A stretch of 44,739 bases of DNA, from the UHGV virus genome UHGV-0135379; one strand, given 5' to 3'. The notes under the pieces are model-generated. The model did no database searches. It was not told the origin of the DNA and was given only the letters and a program-made list of their open reading frames with translations. The DNA comes from a virus. Below, one piece after another: positions 8,192-15,072 of this stretch (position 1 is its first letter; each line of letters opens with the position of its first letter). The position numbers were made by a program, and so were the translations under genes.

Positions 8192-8424
8192 TCTCCACTC
8201 TCCTCTTTAGCAATACGTTGCTCAGTCTTTGTGATACCGCGGCGCGTGAATAACACCGGGCTTGTCTTAACGTGCGTCATAAGGCGGTTATTATAAATTA
8301 CATGGCGCTCGCATTTCACGTCTTTGCTGTACTTCGCAATCGTCATTTCGTTGAGGCCTGTTTGTCGGCACGTCTCCGCCATCGTGCCAAATTCTTCAAT
8401 CAGGTTCGGAATGCTGGTAATCAT
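8188..8424 (-). CDS. Hypothetical protein (78 aa from ATG at 8424)
   Basis: Track ORF 8188-8448; internal ATG overlaps the stop of the upstream small ORF (ATGA). Confidence 0.5.
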   Translation of the reverse strand: MITSIPNLIEEFGTMAETCRQTGLNEMTIAKYSKDVKCERHVIYNNRLMTHVKTSPVLFTRRGITKTEQRIAKEESGE

Positions 8425-8591
8425 CCTAAGAAATTCCTCGTCGTCCACATCGCATTCGGATATTTGTTATCGCGGTCCTGTACTACGGCAATCATGTTAC
8501 CGCGTTGTACCAGGCAGAAGTGCCGCTGCTGCTCGCCGTTGTAGCGACGCCAGATTGCTTCTTCGATTGCCGCGTTGATGTCGCTGAACAT
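8421..8591 (-). CDS. Hypothetical protein (56 aa)
   Basis: ATG ORF translationally coupled to 8188-8424; weak RBS. Confidence 0.35.
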   Translation of the reverse strand: MFSDINAAIEEAIWRRYNGEQQRHFCLVQRGNMIAVVQDRDNKYPNAMWTTRNFLG

Positions 8592-8678
8592 TAGTATCTA
8601 CCCCACACAAAACCAACCAATACGCCGATAAAATAGCTTGCCACTACAAGACCAATAACCGCCTCAAGACTCATACCC

Positions 8679-8861
8679 TCACCCCACTATCTCATCACCG
8701 AGCCACGCCGTTTCTCGTATATCATCGACCACACAGGCAGCATGCTCACGGCTAATTGCAAAAATGTAGAAGCTGAACTTCTTCCCGTCGGCGTCGATGT
8801 GGTTAACCGAGTATGGTTTCCACAGGACGCCATCAATAACTACTGGCTTAGGCAACTCCAT
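8679..8861 (-). CDS. Hypothetical protein (start uncertain; track ORF extends to 8945)
   Basis: Open frame; several candidate ATGs (8861, 8912, 8927), none with a strong RBS. Confidence 0.3.
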   Translation of the reverse strand: MELPKPVVIDGVLWKPYSVNHIDADGKKFSFYIFAISREHAACVVDDIRETAWLGDEIVG

Positions 8862-9087
8862 ACGCTTTACCGCACTTAATGCATGTGGCGCGATGTAACC
8901 CACCAACCACATGTAGGTAGTAGTCATGCGCACAAGGCTTTTCACCCTCTTTCAACTTATCAAGTAATAACTTAAACGCCTCCAGTTGAAACTCACCGTT
9001 AATTGACAGTTGCCCGCCTAACGTCTGTTTCTCTGACTCAAGGACCAGAATACGACGCTCAAGTGACGCGATTGTGATTTTAGGCAT
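8848..9087 (-). CDS. Hypothetical Cys/His-containing protein (79 aa)
   Basis: ATG overlaps upstream stop (TAATG); C..H...C..C spacing suggests a small zinc-binding fold. Confidence 0.5.
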   Translation of the reverse strand: MPKITIASLERRILVLESEKQTLGGQLSINGEFQLEAFKLLLDKLKEGEKPCAHDYYLHVVGGLHRATCIKCGKAYGVA

Positions 9088-9311
9088 TATTCGGCTCCCT
9101 CATAAAAATCGCCATTTCGGTAATCCCCATCGAAATCGTCAGAAATAGCGCGCCCCTTGTTCAGGTTGAAGCGGTTAATCAGCTCACGGCGGCGTTCCAT
9201 AAGATTATCCACCTGCCGTAAGTGGTGTTCGATGTGGGCGTCAATCCACGCTATTTCAGATTCACCGGTCGCGGATTCGACGCATGCTTTTTCATATTCG
9301 TTATTAGTCAT
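9087..9311 (-). CDS. Hypothetical acidic protein (74 aa)
   Basis: ATG overlaps upstream stop (ATGA). Confidence 0.5.
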   Translation of the reverse strand: MTNNEYEKACVESATGESEIAWIDAHIEHHLRQVDNLMERRRELINRFNLNKGRAISDDFDGDYRNGDFYEGAE

Positions 9312-9466
9312 ACTTTACGCTCTCCCCACATGCGATTGAGATACTTGTTCTTGTCCGGCCCAGGGAAACTGTTACGTTTCATCAGTTCCTCGCGTGTCGG
9401 GAACGGGGTGTGGCTGACTTTACGGCCTACCCGTAGTGGTTGGCTTACTTGACCTTGTTCGCTCAT
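9308..9466 (-). CDS. Hypothetical protein (52 aa)
   Basis: ATG with GGGAG RBS; stop overlaps next start. Confidence 0.45.
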   Translation of the reverse strand: MSEQGQVSQPLRVGRKVSHTPFPTREELMKRNSFPGPDKNKYLNRMWGERKV

Positions 9467-9660
9467 TCTACAATCTCCCATTTAACGCCGTGGAAGCCAT
9501 CACCTTCATCGTTACCAAAGTCTATGAAAATACAGCAGTCGTCGTCGGAGTCTATATAACCGAAACCAGTAGCTGTCGGGTTGTACACATCGTACACTTT
9601 ACCCTCTGTCACATAGTCAAGGGCGGCTAACCAGAGAATTTTAGCGGCTTTAACTTTCAT
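9463..9660 (-). CDS. Hypothetical acidic protein (65 aa)
   Basis: ATG overlaps upstream stop (ATGA). Confidence 0.5.
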   Translation of the reverse strand: MKVKAAKILWLAALDYVTEGKVYDVYNPTATGFGYIDSDDDCCIFIDFGNDEGDGFHGVKWEIVE

Positions 9661-9806
9661 TTCTTCTCTCCTGCATAAGCTGCTTTAAGTGTCTGCAGCG
9701 CAGCGAACCAGAACGCGTCCGCTGGAATGCTGTTGCTCAGGTTACTAACTGCGATGCGCGCCATCAGTTGCGCGTCTTTGAATGCTTCGATATCTGTGAT
9801 TTTCAT
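9657..9806 (-). CDS. Hypothetical protein (49 aa)
   Basis: ATG overlaps stop of 9806-10006 (TAATG); stop overlaps next start. Confidence 0.4.
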   Translation of the reverse strand: MKITDIEAFKDAQLMARIAVSNLSNSIPADAFWFAALQTLKAAYAGEKK

Positions 9807-10006
9807 TAGTTATTCTCCAGTATTTCTAACGCTTTCACGAGGTAACGTTTACGTAAAACATCAGTCTGCGCGCTATTAGCCCTGCGTATGTAGCCCGCAG
9901 CAGCCCTCATCTGTAGTTTTTCCACCGAACCATTCCCTATTATAGCTGATGCGATACATTTAACTTCGAGTTCTTCGGTTATTTCTATCGTCGATACGTT
10001 GCCCAT
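9806..10006 (-). CDS. Hypothetical protein (66 aa) sharing a C-terminal domain with 12123-12737
   Basis: ATG with GGAGTAGAGAGAA RBS just downstream of promoter 10041-10069; shared motif GYIRRANSA.TD.LR..YL.KALE.L. Confidence 0.55.
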   Translation of the reverse strand: MGNVSTIEITEELEVKCIASAIIGNGSVEKLQMRAAAGYIRRANSAQTDVLRKRYLVKALEILENN

Positions 10007-10040
10007 TTCTCTCTACTCCGTTCTCGTTGTCGATGAAGTA

Positions 10041-10069
10041 AATATAATAGGGTCGAGGATAATAGTCAA
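10041..10069 (-). promoter_or_regulatory. Promoter TTGACT-N17-TATATT on the minus strand, upstream of 9806-10006
   Basis: 5/6 and 5/6 matches to sigma70 hexamers, 17-bp spacer, right after the lysis-operon terminator; carries only a half-box (CCCTATTATATT). Confidence 0.55.
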
Positions 10070-10090
10070 CTAGTCATCACAGAAAATAGA

Positions 10091-10123
10091 TAAAAAAAAT
10101 CCCGGCTGGGTCAGGGCCAGGAT
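10091..10123 (-). terminator. Rho-independent terminator after the endolysin gene
   Basis: Hairpin followed by a T8 run on the minus strand. Confidence 0.6.
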
Positions 10124-10187
10124 AAAACTGGAGAGCAGAGGGATGGAGCAGGAGGTGATTTAAGTATCGTCGGATTAGTCTTATGTG

Positions 10188-10673
10188 TCAACCTTTCACC
10201 GCGCGCCCGATAGCCTCAGCCTCCTGCCACGGTTTACCGTCGAACAGCGCCAGACGACCGGCGGTACGACGACGCAGTCCAAGTATCGGTTTGCCGTTCT
10301 GGTTGATGAACAGCGCCAGCTTAGCCCGCAGAGTCGTGACGTCACCAGAACGCAGCGCCTTACCTGTGCCCGTGGTAGCGGCAATCACGCCAGCGCCTGC
10401 GTTGTAGACCAGGTCACACACAGCGTCGAACTGTGCCTGTGTCAGTGAATGGTGCGCTGCCGCATCAACCGCAGCTACGGCTTTAGCCATATCGCGATTA
10501 AGTAACAGGAGGCCTTGTCCTGGAGTGATGGTCTGCCCCGCCTTAACATGCGGGCCATAGCTTCCATACCCAATAGTCAGGTACTTCTCATTCGGTGTAG
10601 CGCGATACGCGGTTCCGCGGAATCCCTCGAACGCGGCGGTGAATTTGATGCCATTGTTGCTAATGTTTCTCAT
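10188..10673 (-). CDS. Endolysin (T4/P22-type lysozyme-like muramidase)
   Basis: N-terminal ISNNGI..FEGFRG..Y motif typical of phage lysozymes; ATG overlaps HNH stop; terminator follows. Confidence 0.85.
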   Translation of the reverse strand: MRNISNNGIKFTAAFEGFRGTAYRATPNEKYLTIGYGSYGPHVKAGQTITPGQGLLLLNRDMAKAVAAVDAAAHHSLTQAQFDAVCDLVYNAGAGVIAATTGTGKALRSGDVTTLRAKLALFINQNGKPILGLRRRTAGRLALFDGKPWQEAEAIGRAVKG

Positions 10674-11203
10674 AAAGCACCTTCCCGTAATTTATGGTTC
10701 GCGAAAACCCCGTGTATCTTCTCTCTAGCTTCTTCGGCAACTAGCGCGGCTAGTTCTAGGTCCGCAAAGTATCCGTAAAAATACTTAATCTTATGTATTT
10801 TTAATTGAACGTACCATCCTCCTTGTTGCTTCTGCCACATAACGTTCTTAATACCGGATTTGCTGTCCTTTCTTGGCCCTTTGTTGCATCCGTTTTCGGA
10901 TTTGTTGGCTTCACGTAAATTACAGAATCTATTATCACGACCATCGCCGTTTATGTGGTCTATTAGGGAGTTGGGCCATTCCCCTGTCATGTATAGCCAA
11001 GCGAGACGATGCGCCAAGTACCGCTTCCCACCGAAGGCTATGGAGCGATAGCCTGCACAATGGTTGGCGCCAGCCTCACTTCCCGCCCGAGCATTGTGCA
11101 CACGTGTAGCTTTCCATGTAAAAACTCCGGTATCGGGGTCGTAGTGTAAAACCTCGCGCAGCTTATCTGCGGTAAGTCCATTATCTGAAATGTTTCGAGA
11201 CAC
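10670..11203 (-). CDS. HNH homing-type endonuclease (GTG start)
   Basis: LHYDPDTGVFTWK N-terminus and H-N-H/Cys cluster (DHINGDGRDNRFCNL); sits between holin genes and endolysin. Confidence 0.8.
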   Translation of the reverse strand: MSRNISDNGLTADKLREVLHYDPDTGVFTWKATRVHNARAGSEAGANHCAGYRSIAFGGKRYLAHRLAWLYMTGEWPNSLIDHINGDGRDNRFCNLREANKSENGCNKGPRKDSKSGIKNVMWQKQQGGWYVQLKIHKIKYFYGYFADLELAALVAEEAREKIHGVFANHKLREGAL

Positions 11204-11453
11204 GCTTATGTCCTCCGTATGACAGCCACGACTGACGAATCTGTCGCAGCGCTACCAGGGTAATTAATGTCTCAGGCAGCGTCGGTGACATGCTGCCCTG
11301 TAACAGGTGGATACAACCGGCGGCGCAGACAATAGCAGTGAGGATATACAGCACACGACCAAACAGGCCATCATCTACGCTGGGGTGGTATACGTTAAAC
11401 AGCGATGTGCTCCCGATTGCGAGCATACCACCAAACCAGAATAACTCATTCAT
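11181..11453 (-). CDS. Two-TM membrane protein (90 aa from ATG at 11453), possible holin partner or antiholin
   Basis: Two hydrophobic helices; ATG overlaps holin stop (ATGAATGA); track ORF extends to 11546. Confidence 0.45.
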   Translation of the reverse strand: MNELFWFGGMLAIGSTSLFNVYHPSVDDGLFGRVLYILTAIVCAAGCIHLLQGSMSPTLPETLITLVALRQIRQSWLSYGGHKRVSKHFR

Positions 11454-11754
11454 TACCACCTCCGCGACGTGCGATGTATTCTCCGGCGACAATGCCAGAG
11501 AGACGGGAATAAATTGGCATCCAGAGAATAGCAATGATGAATCCAAGGCCCGCTATTTCGCGTTCACCTGCGATACCGAACCATTGAGCGGCGAGAGGCG
11601 CACCGAATACGGCGCACGCAAAGCCAGTGGCGAGAAAACAGAGAGCATCGACAGGGCCGGTAATAGTGGCTTTGTGTTGCCGTAAGCCTATTACCCCACC
11701 AGCTAGTGCGGCAGCGAGAAGCCACCCCGTCACTGTTTCAGTAAATTTATCCAA
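11446..11754 (-). CDS. Putative holin (TTG start with GGAGGA RBS)
   Basis: About three predicted TM helices and a charged C-terminus, 102 aa, upstream of endolysin. Confidence 0.55.
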   Translation of the reverse strand: MDKFTETVTGWLLAAALAGGVIGLRQHKATITGPVDALCFLATGFACAVFGAPLAAQWFGIAGEREIAGLGFIIAILWMPIYSRLSGIVAGEYIARRGGGNE

Positions 11755-11829
11755 GATGAATCCTCCAGGTGCGTATTAAGTATGCAGTAACTGGAGGATA
11801 GCACGGTTAGGAATTATCTTAATAACGGT

Positions 11830-12123
11830 TTATTTATGACGCCAGATGTATTGTCGTCTCTGCGGTTTAGTCGGAATATCATCGTATCCGAGCGATTTCC
11901 AGTAATTAAATAACCGATTAGCGATAGCTGCGCGTTCCTGTGTTTTAAACTCTCCTAGATTCACGGCCTTTCCGTTCTGGAATCCACAGGCGCGGACCGC
12001 TTTGCGCCTGGCCTGAATCTCGGGGTACAGCGCGTTACGGCGGCGCTTGTGTATACGTGTCTTCGCTCTCGGTGACAGCGGCGCAAGGCCGCTTCGTTTC
12101 AGGATGTCAGTTGCAAGAGACAT
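11830..12123 (-). CDS. Hypothetical basic protein (97 aa)
   Basis: ATG overlapping upstream stop (TGATG); Arg/Lys-rich. Confidence 0.5.
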   Translation of the reverse strand: MSLATDILKRSGLAPLSPRAKTRIHKRRRNALYPEIQARRKAVRACGFQNGKAVNLGEFKTQERAAIANRLFNYWKSLGYDDIPTKPQRRQYIWRHK

Positions 12124-12737
12124 CACTCCACCCCCTCCACATGTGTAACTGACCCACAGTTATCACAGACTACAGTGTTGCCGTAGTAAGTTCCGCAGTG
12201 AGCCGGAATGCACGAGCATACAGGTAGTTGAGCGTCTTCCTTTCGGCAACCGGATTGTTCTGGCGCATCCTTACATCCGAGTTCCTCAAGTGCTTTGCTA
12301 AGGTATTGGCGGCGCAGGGTGTCAGTCATTGCACTATTTGCCCGCCGGATGTACCCAATCGCGCCTTTAGGGTCCAGGTCAACGATTGAACGAAGACACA
12401 TAACCTCGTTATATAAACTATCTAGCGCGAGCGTCAACTCCTTAATCTGCACAGACTCGTCACCAGTGGCCTTAGCCAGTCGTTTTACCAGGTCCCCGAC
12501 TTGCGCTTGAAAGCGCAACGCATCATTGCGATACGCGGACAATTGCCCGGTCAGATGTGATATATGGTCGGATTTCTTAATGTTGTCTTCCTGCAACTCC
12601 GCCACCAGCGCCGACGCATCACGTAACTGATTCTTAAGTGACAGCACCTCATGTGCCAGGTCTTCGCACCGGTTGTTATTTACCTGCTGCCGTAGCTGGT
12701 CAATCAGGTACTCGAATACTTCGTTTTTGTTACTCAT
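12123..12737 (-). CDS. Coiled-coil protein (204 aa) with C-terminal domain paralogous to 9806-10006 plus a Cys-rich tail
   Basis: ATG at 12737 with GAGGAG RBS; track ORF extends to a TTG at 12794. Confidence 0.55.
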   Translation of the reverse strand: MSNKNEVFEYLIDQLRQQVNNNRCEDLAHEVLSLKNQLRDASALVAELQEDNIKKSDHISHLTGQLSAYRNDALRFQAQVGDLVKRLAKATGDESVQIKELTLALDSLYNEVMCLRSIVDLDPKGAIGYIRRANSAMTDTLRRQYLSKALEELGCKDAPEQSGCRKEDAQLPVCSCIPAHCGTYYGNTVVCDNCGSVTHVEGVE

Positions 12738-12858
12738 CTTCTGGCTCCTCAACACCTGCAGTGTAGGCACGTTTGAGGTCCCCGTCACAAACAACGACCC
12801 AACCGTGTGTGGCGTAAATCTCTGTTAATTTAGTTACGTCTAAAATTTCGTATTTCAT
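12730..12858 (-). CDS. Hypothetical protein (42 aa), first ORF after promoter 12890-12918
   Basis: ATG with AGAGGAGAGA RBS; end overlaps next start. Confidence 0.4.
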   Translation of the reverse strand: MKYEILDVTKLTEIYATHGWVVVCDGDLKRAYTAGVEEPEDE

Positions 12859-12889
12859 CTTCTGTCTCTCCTCTTGTTTGTGTAAATGA

Positions 12890-12918
12890 ATAGTAGCCTA
12901 TTCTATCTTAGTGTGCAA
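12890..12918 (-). promoter_or_regulatory. Promoter TTGCAC-N17-TACTAT (minus strand) with AATAG-N4-CTATT box (12889-12902)
   Basis: Same architecture as the moron promoters; followed by strong RBS and ATG at 12858. Confidence 0.6.
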
Positions 12919-12998
12919 GTAAATTTTATTGGTGTTTGTATTGTTGCATCTCCTGCAATAGTCGCTTCGATTGTTGCGTTTGGTGAAATAGAACAAAA

Positions 12999-13032
12999 AT
13001 GAGAAAAATGATACGCTGCTGTGTAGCAGCGT
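12999..13032 (-). terminator. Rho-independent terminator after gene 13066-13251
   Basis: Perfect 8-bp stem ACGCTGCT/AGCAGCGT followed by a T-rich run on the minus strand. Confidence 0.6.
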
Positions 13033-13065
13033 AAGTCACTCAGTAAAATCCCAAACTATTGAACA

Positions 13066-13251
13066 TCACACCTCCGGCGGCTCAGGTAACGGCATCCAGT
13101 GCGTTATATCACCGTGATATAAACTCTTTGCGGGCCCCCAGTAGCCATCTGAATTAACACGCATAACCTCACAGCCAACAAAACAATCAGTTACAAGAAC
13201 GTATTCATAAGGCTCCGGCATCCGCTCACTACACTTAATCCACTTGCTCAT
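13066..13251 (-). CDS. Hypothetical Cys-containing protein (61 aa)
   Basis: ATG overlaps upstream stop (ATGA); hairpin terminator downstream. Confidence 0.5.
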   Translation of the reverse strand: MSKWIKCSERMPEPYEYVLVTDCFVGCEVMRVNSDGYWGPAKSLYHGDITHWMPLPEPPEV

Positions 13252-13409
13252 AAATCGCCTCTCTTCTCAAATGCGCCAGCCATTACATTCGCACCAGCTT
13301 TCCACGCCCGCCACGCGAGACGCGTCTTAACGTTCAGGTACTCTTTCTTCGAACCCTTGTTAACCGGCAGACCCTCTACGACTGCCCACCGTTCGAATGC
13401 TTCTCTCAT
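13248..13409 (-). CDS. Hypothetical protein (53 aa)
   Basis: ATG with GAGGA RBS; translationally coupled to 13066-13251. Confidence 0.4.
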   Translation of the reverse strand: MREAFERWAVVEGLPVNKGSKKEYLNVKTRLAWRAWKAGANVMAGAFEKRGDL

Positions 13410-13412
13410 AAC

Positions 13413-13604
13413 TTAGTCCTCTAGAACTTCGCATTCACAGGAGTGCACAACCACATATCCGGCGTCACATTCGATAATGAACATATCGGAACCGGCCCGG
13501 GAAACCTCAAACACATCACCAAGGGCGACTCCCCAGTAACTAAGCGACAAATCGTCGCCATCGCGCGGGTCCACATAATCAACATCAGTTATACGAATTC
13601 TCAT
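13413..13604 (-). CDS. Hypothetical acidic protein (63 aa from ATG at 13604)
   Basis: ATG with GGGAGG RBS overlapping upstream stop (TAATG); track ORF starts at a TTG at 13613. Confidence 0.5.
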   Translation of the reverse strand: MRIRITDVDYVDPRDGDDLSLSYWGVALGDVFEVSRAGSDMFIIECDAGYVVVHSCECEVLED

Positions 13605-13819
13605 TAACGGCAACCTCCCTCAGAGTCGTCGGCACAAGCATCATTATTCGATGCCGGTTCTAGTAAAACGGTAACGCCACTTGCCTTCGTCAGAATGATA
13701 TAAACCGTCTGCAAATGTACGTACTGTTTTAACCAGGGACCTATTTCGGATTCACTGTTGAATTCTTTACTGGCTACAGTTTGTTTTGTCTCTTTCGATT
13801 TAATCTCCACCTTAATCAT
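13604..13819 (-). CDS. Hypothetical protein (71 aa)
   Basis: ATG with AAGGGG RBS, overlaps upstream stop. Confidence 0.5.
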   Translation of the reverse strand: MIKVEIKSKETKQTVASKEFNSESEIGPWLKQYVHLQTVYIILTKASGVTVLLEPASNNDACADDSEGGCR

Positions 13820-14004
13820 CACTTCGCCCCTTTGAATTTAAAATTGTTGCCGATGAGTGTTAAATTATCTCTGAAAGCGTAACCATGTTTCTTTCGTACA
13901 AGACCCCATACGTCTACAGCGGTACTATATTCATCCTCATTCTTGGTAACTATTACGTACTGTCCGCCGCGTTTTGTTTTAACCAACCGACCCTTCTTAA
14001 ACAT
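13819..14004 (-). CDS. Hypothetical basic protein (61 aa), first gene of the leftward early unit
   Basis: ATG at 14004 at good spacing from AGAGGAG; directly downstream of promoter 14039-14067. Confidence 0.5.
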   Translation of the reverse strand: MFKKGRLVKTKRGGQYVIVTKNEDEYSTAVDVWGLVRKKHGYAFRDNLTLIGNNFKFKGAK

Positions 14005-14038
14005 AACCATCACTCCTCTGTCTCGTTCCGATAAGTGA

Positions 14039-14067
14039 ATAGTATCCTATTATGTTGGGGTGTGCAA
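14039..14067 (-). promoter_or_regulatory. Leftward early promoter TTGCAC-N17-TACTAT with AATAG-N4-CTATT box (14038-14051)
   Basis: Near-identical to the element at 2231-2262 in reverse orientation; upstream of gene 13819-14004. Confidence 0.6.
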
Positions 14068-14229
14068 GATAATAGTTACGTTGCCGTTGTGATTCTTTTG
14101 TTTCTTTAAAGAGTACGCAACGCAGCGGGTGGGCTTTAGCCCACCCCAGCGGAGTGAAGTACTCTCTACCTTGCTTACGGCAACTATAGAAACTTTTAAT
14201 TATTAGTGACTTGGGCTATTTAGACGGGA

Positions 14230-14376
14230 TTTACAATAGATTATGGCCCTTCCGAATGCCGGCAGCGACACTACACTCAGTGCTGACGCACCGCTCCGTT
14301 TCCTGCCGCACCGCGGTCGCTTGTTCATACTTCACAAGCTCAGGTGGAGCTTAGCACATTTCTTAGTAAAAGTCAA
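14230..14376 (+). repeat. Copy B of the ~150-bp non-coding element (perfect 51-bp core at 14311-14361)
   Basis: Same orientation as copy A; lies in the 470-bp divergent early intergenic region. Confidence 0.8.
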
Positions 14377-14423
14377 TACCATTAGCATCTTTTGTATATT
14401 AGTAACTTTGTGTGGTGTTTTGG

Positions 14424-14452
14424 TTGCTTTTACATTCACGCTATCCTATACT
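14424..14452 (+). promoter_or_regulatory. Candidate rightward early promoter TTGCTT-N17-TATACT
   Basis: AT-rich region, 17-bp spacer, about 30 nt upstream of ATG 14484; no palindromic box. Confidence 0.4.
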
Positions 14453-14483
14453 CGTTTTCACCAAACAAACAGGAGATATAAAA

Positions 14484-14666
14484 ATGCAGCATTACATGAC
14501 ACAGAATGAAGTGGCTGAACGTATCGGGGTGACACGTCAAACAATTAATAACTGGTTGCGCAGCGGTAAATTCCCTGATTGCTGTATTAAGGTTATGGGT
14601 CGCCGTTTACCAGGAACATTTGACCGTAATAAAGTTGAAGCATGGATTAAGGAGAACGTGAAATGA
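14484..14666 (+). CDS. Small HTH DNA-binding protein (AlpA/excisionase-like fold), 60 aa
   Basis: Motif RIGVTRQTINNW; ATG with AGGAGA RBS; first gene of the rightward replication block. Confidence 0.6.
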   Translation: MQHYMTQNEVAERIGVTRQTINNWLRSGKFPDCCIKVMGRRLPGTFDRNKVEAWIKENVK

Positions 14667-14875
14667 TTGGGCGTATGGGTTGTTACTTTGAAAACTGTAA
14701 AGTTAAATACCGGTTTAAGTTTGCGCCGGAAATTACTGACAGCGGATTCTATGCGGAAATATGTAAGCCTAATCATTTGTTGGAACCGACACGCATTATT
14801 AAGATGCCAATCGAGGCTTTAAGTAAGTGTCGTTTCTACGCTTCGGAGCGTGCGTGGATTGCGGGCGTTAAGTAA
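14663..14875 (+). CDS. Hypothetical protein (70 aa)
   Basis: ATG overlapping upstream stop (ATGA). Confidence 0.5.
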   Translation: MIGRMGCYFENCKVKYRFKFAPEITDSGFYAEICKPNHLLEPTRIIKMPIEALSKCRFYASERAWIAGVK

Positions 14876-14943
14876 AAGAAACCCCAACGCCAGAACGTCG
14901 GGGCTAAAGTACAAATCATCAAAGTAAGCATAAGGATTATACA

Positions 14944-15072
14944 ATGACAAAGTTAATAGTTCCACAGCTACGCCGCCAGAAACACGGCGCTGACTTCTTC
15001 GCACCGGTAAAGATGAACCGCGCAATGCGCCGTATGCAGGAAGCCTTAGAACGTGCGGAGAAAAAGAAATGA
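14944..15072 (+). CDS. Hypothetical basic protein (42 aa)
   Basis: ATG with AAGGA RBS; stop overlaps primase-helicase start (ATGA). Confidence 0.4.
   Translation: MTKLIVPQLRRQKHGADFFAPVKMNRAMRRMQEALERAEKKK

Noticed and set aside
8679-8945. Full-length 88-aa version of the minus-strand ORF
   Set aside because: Would overlap the upstream gene by about 100 nt with a GTG start and no usable RBS; a shorter version is kept at low confidence.
14243-14509. 88-aa plus-strand ORF covering repeat copy B
   Set aside because: The homologous copy A has no matching ORF, so the conserved core is not under coding constraint; the true downstream gene starts at 14484 with a strong RBS.
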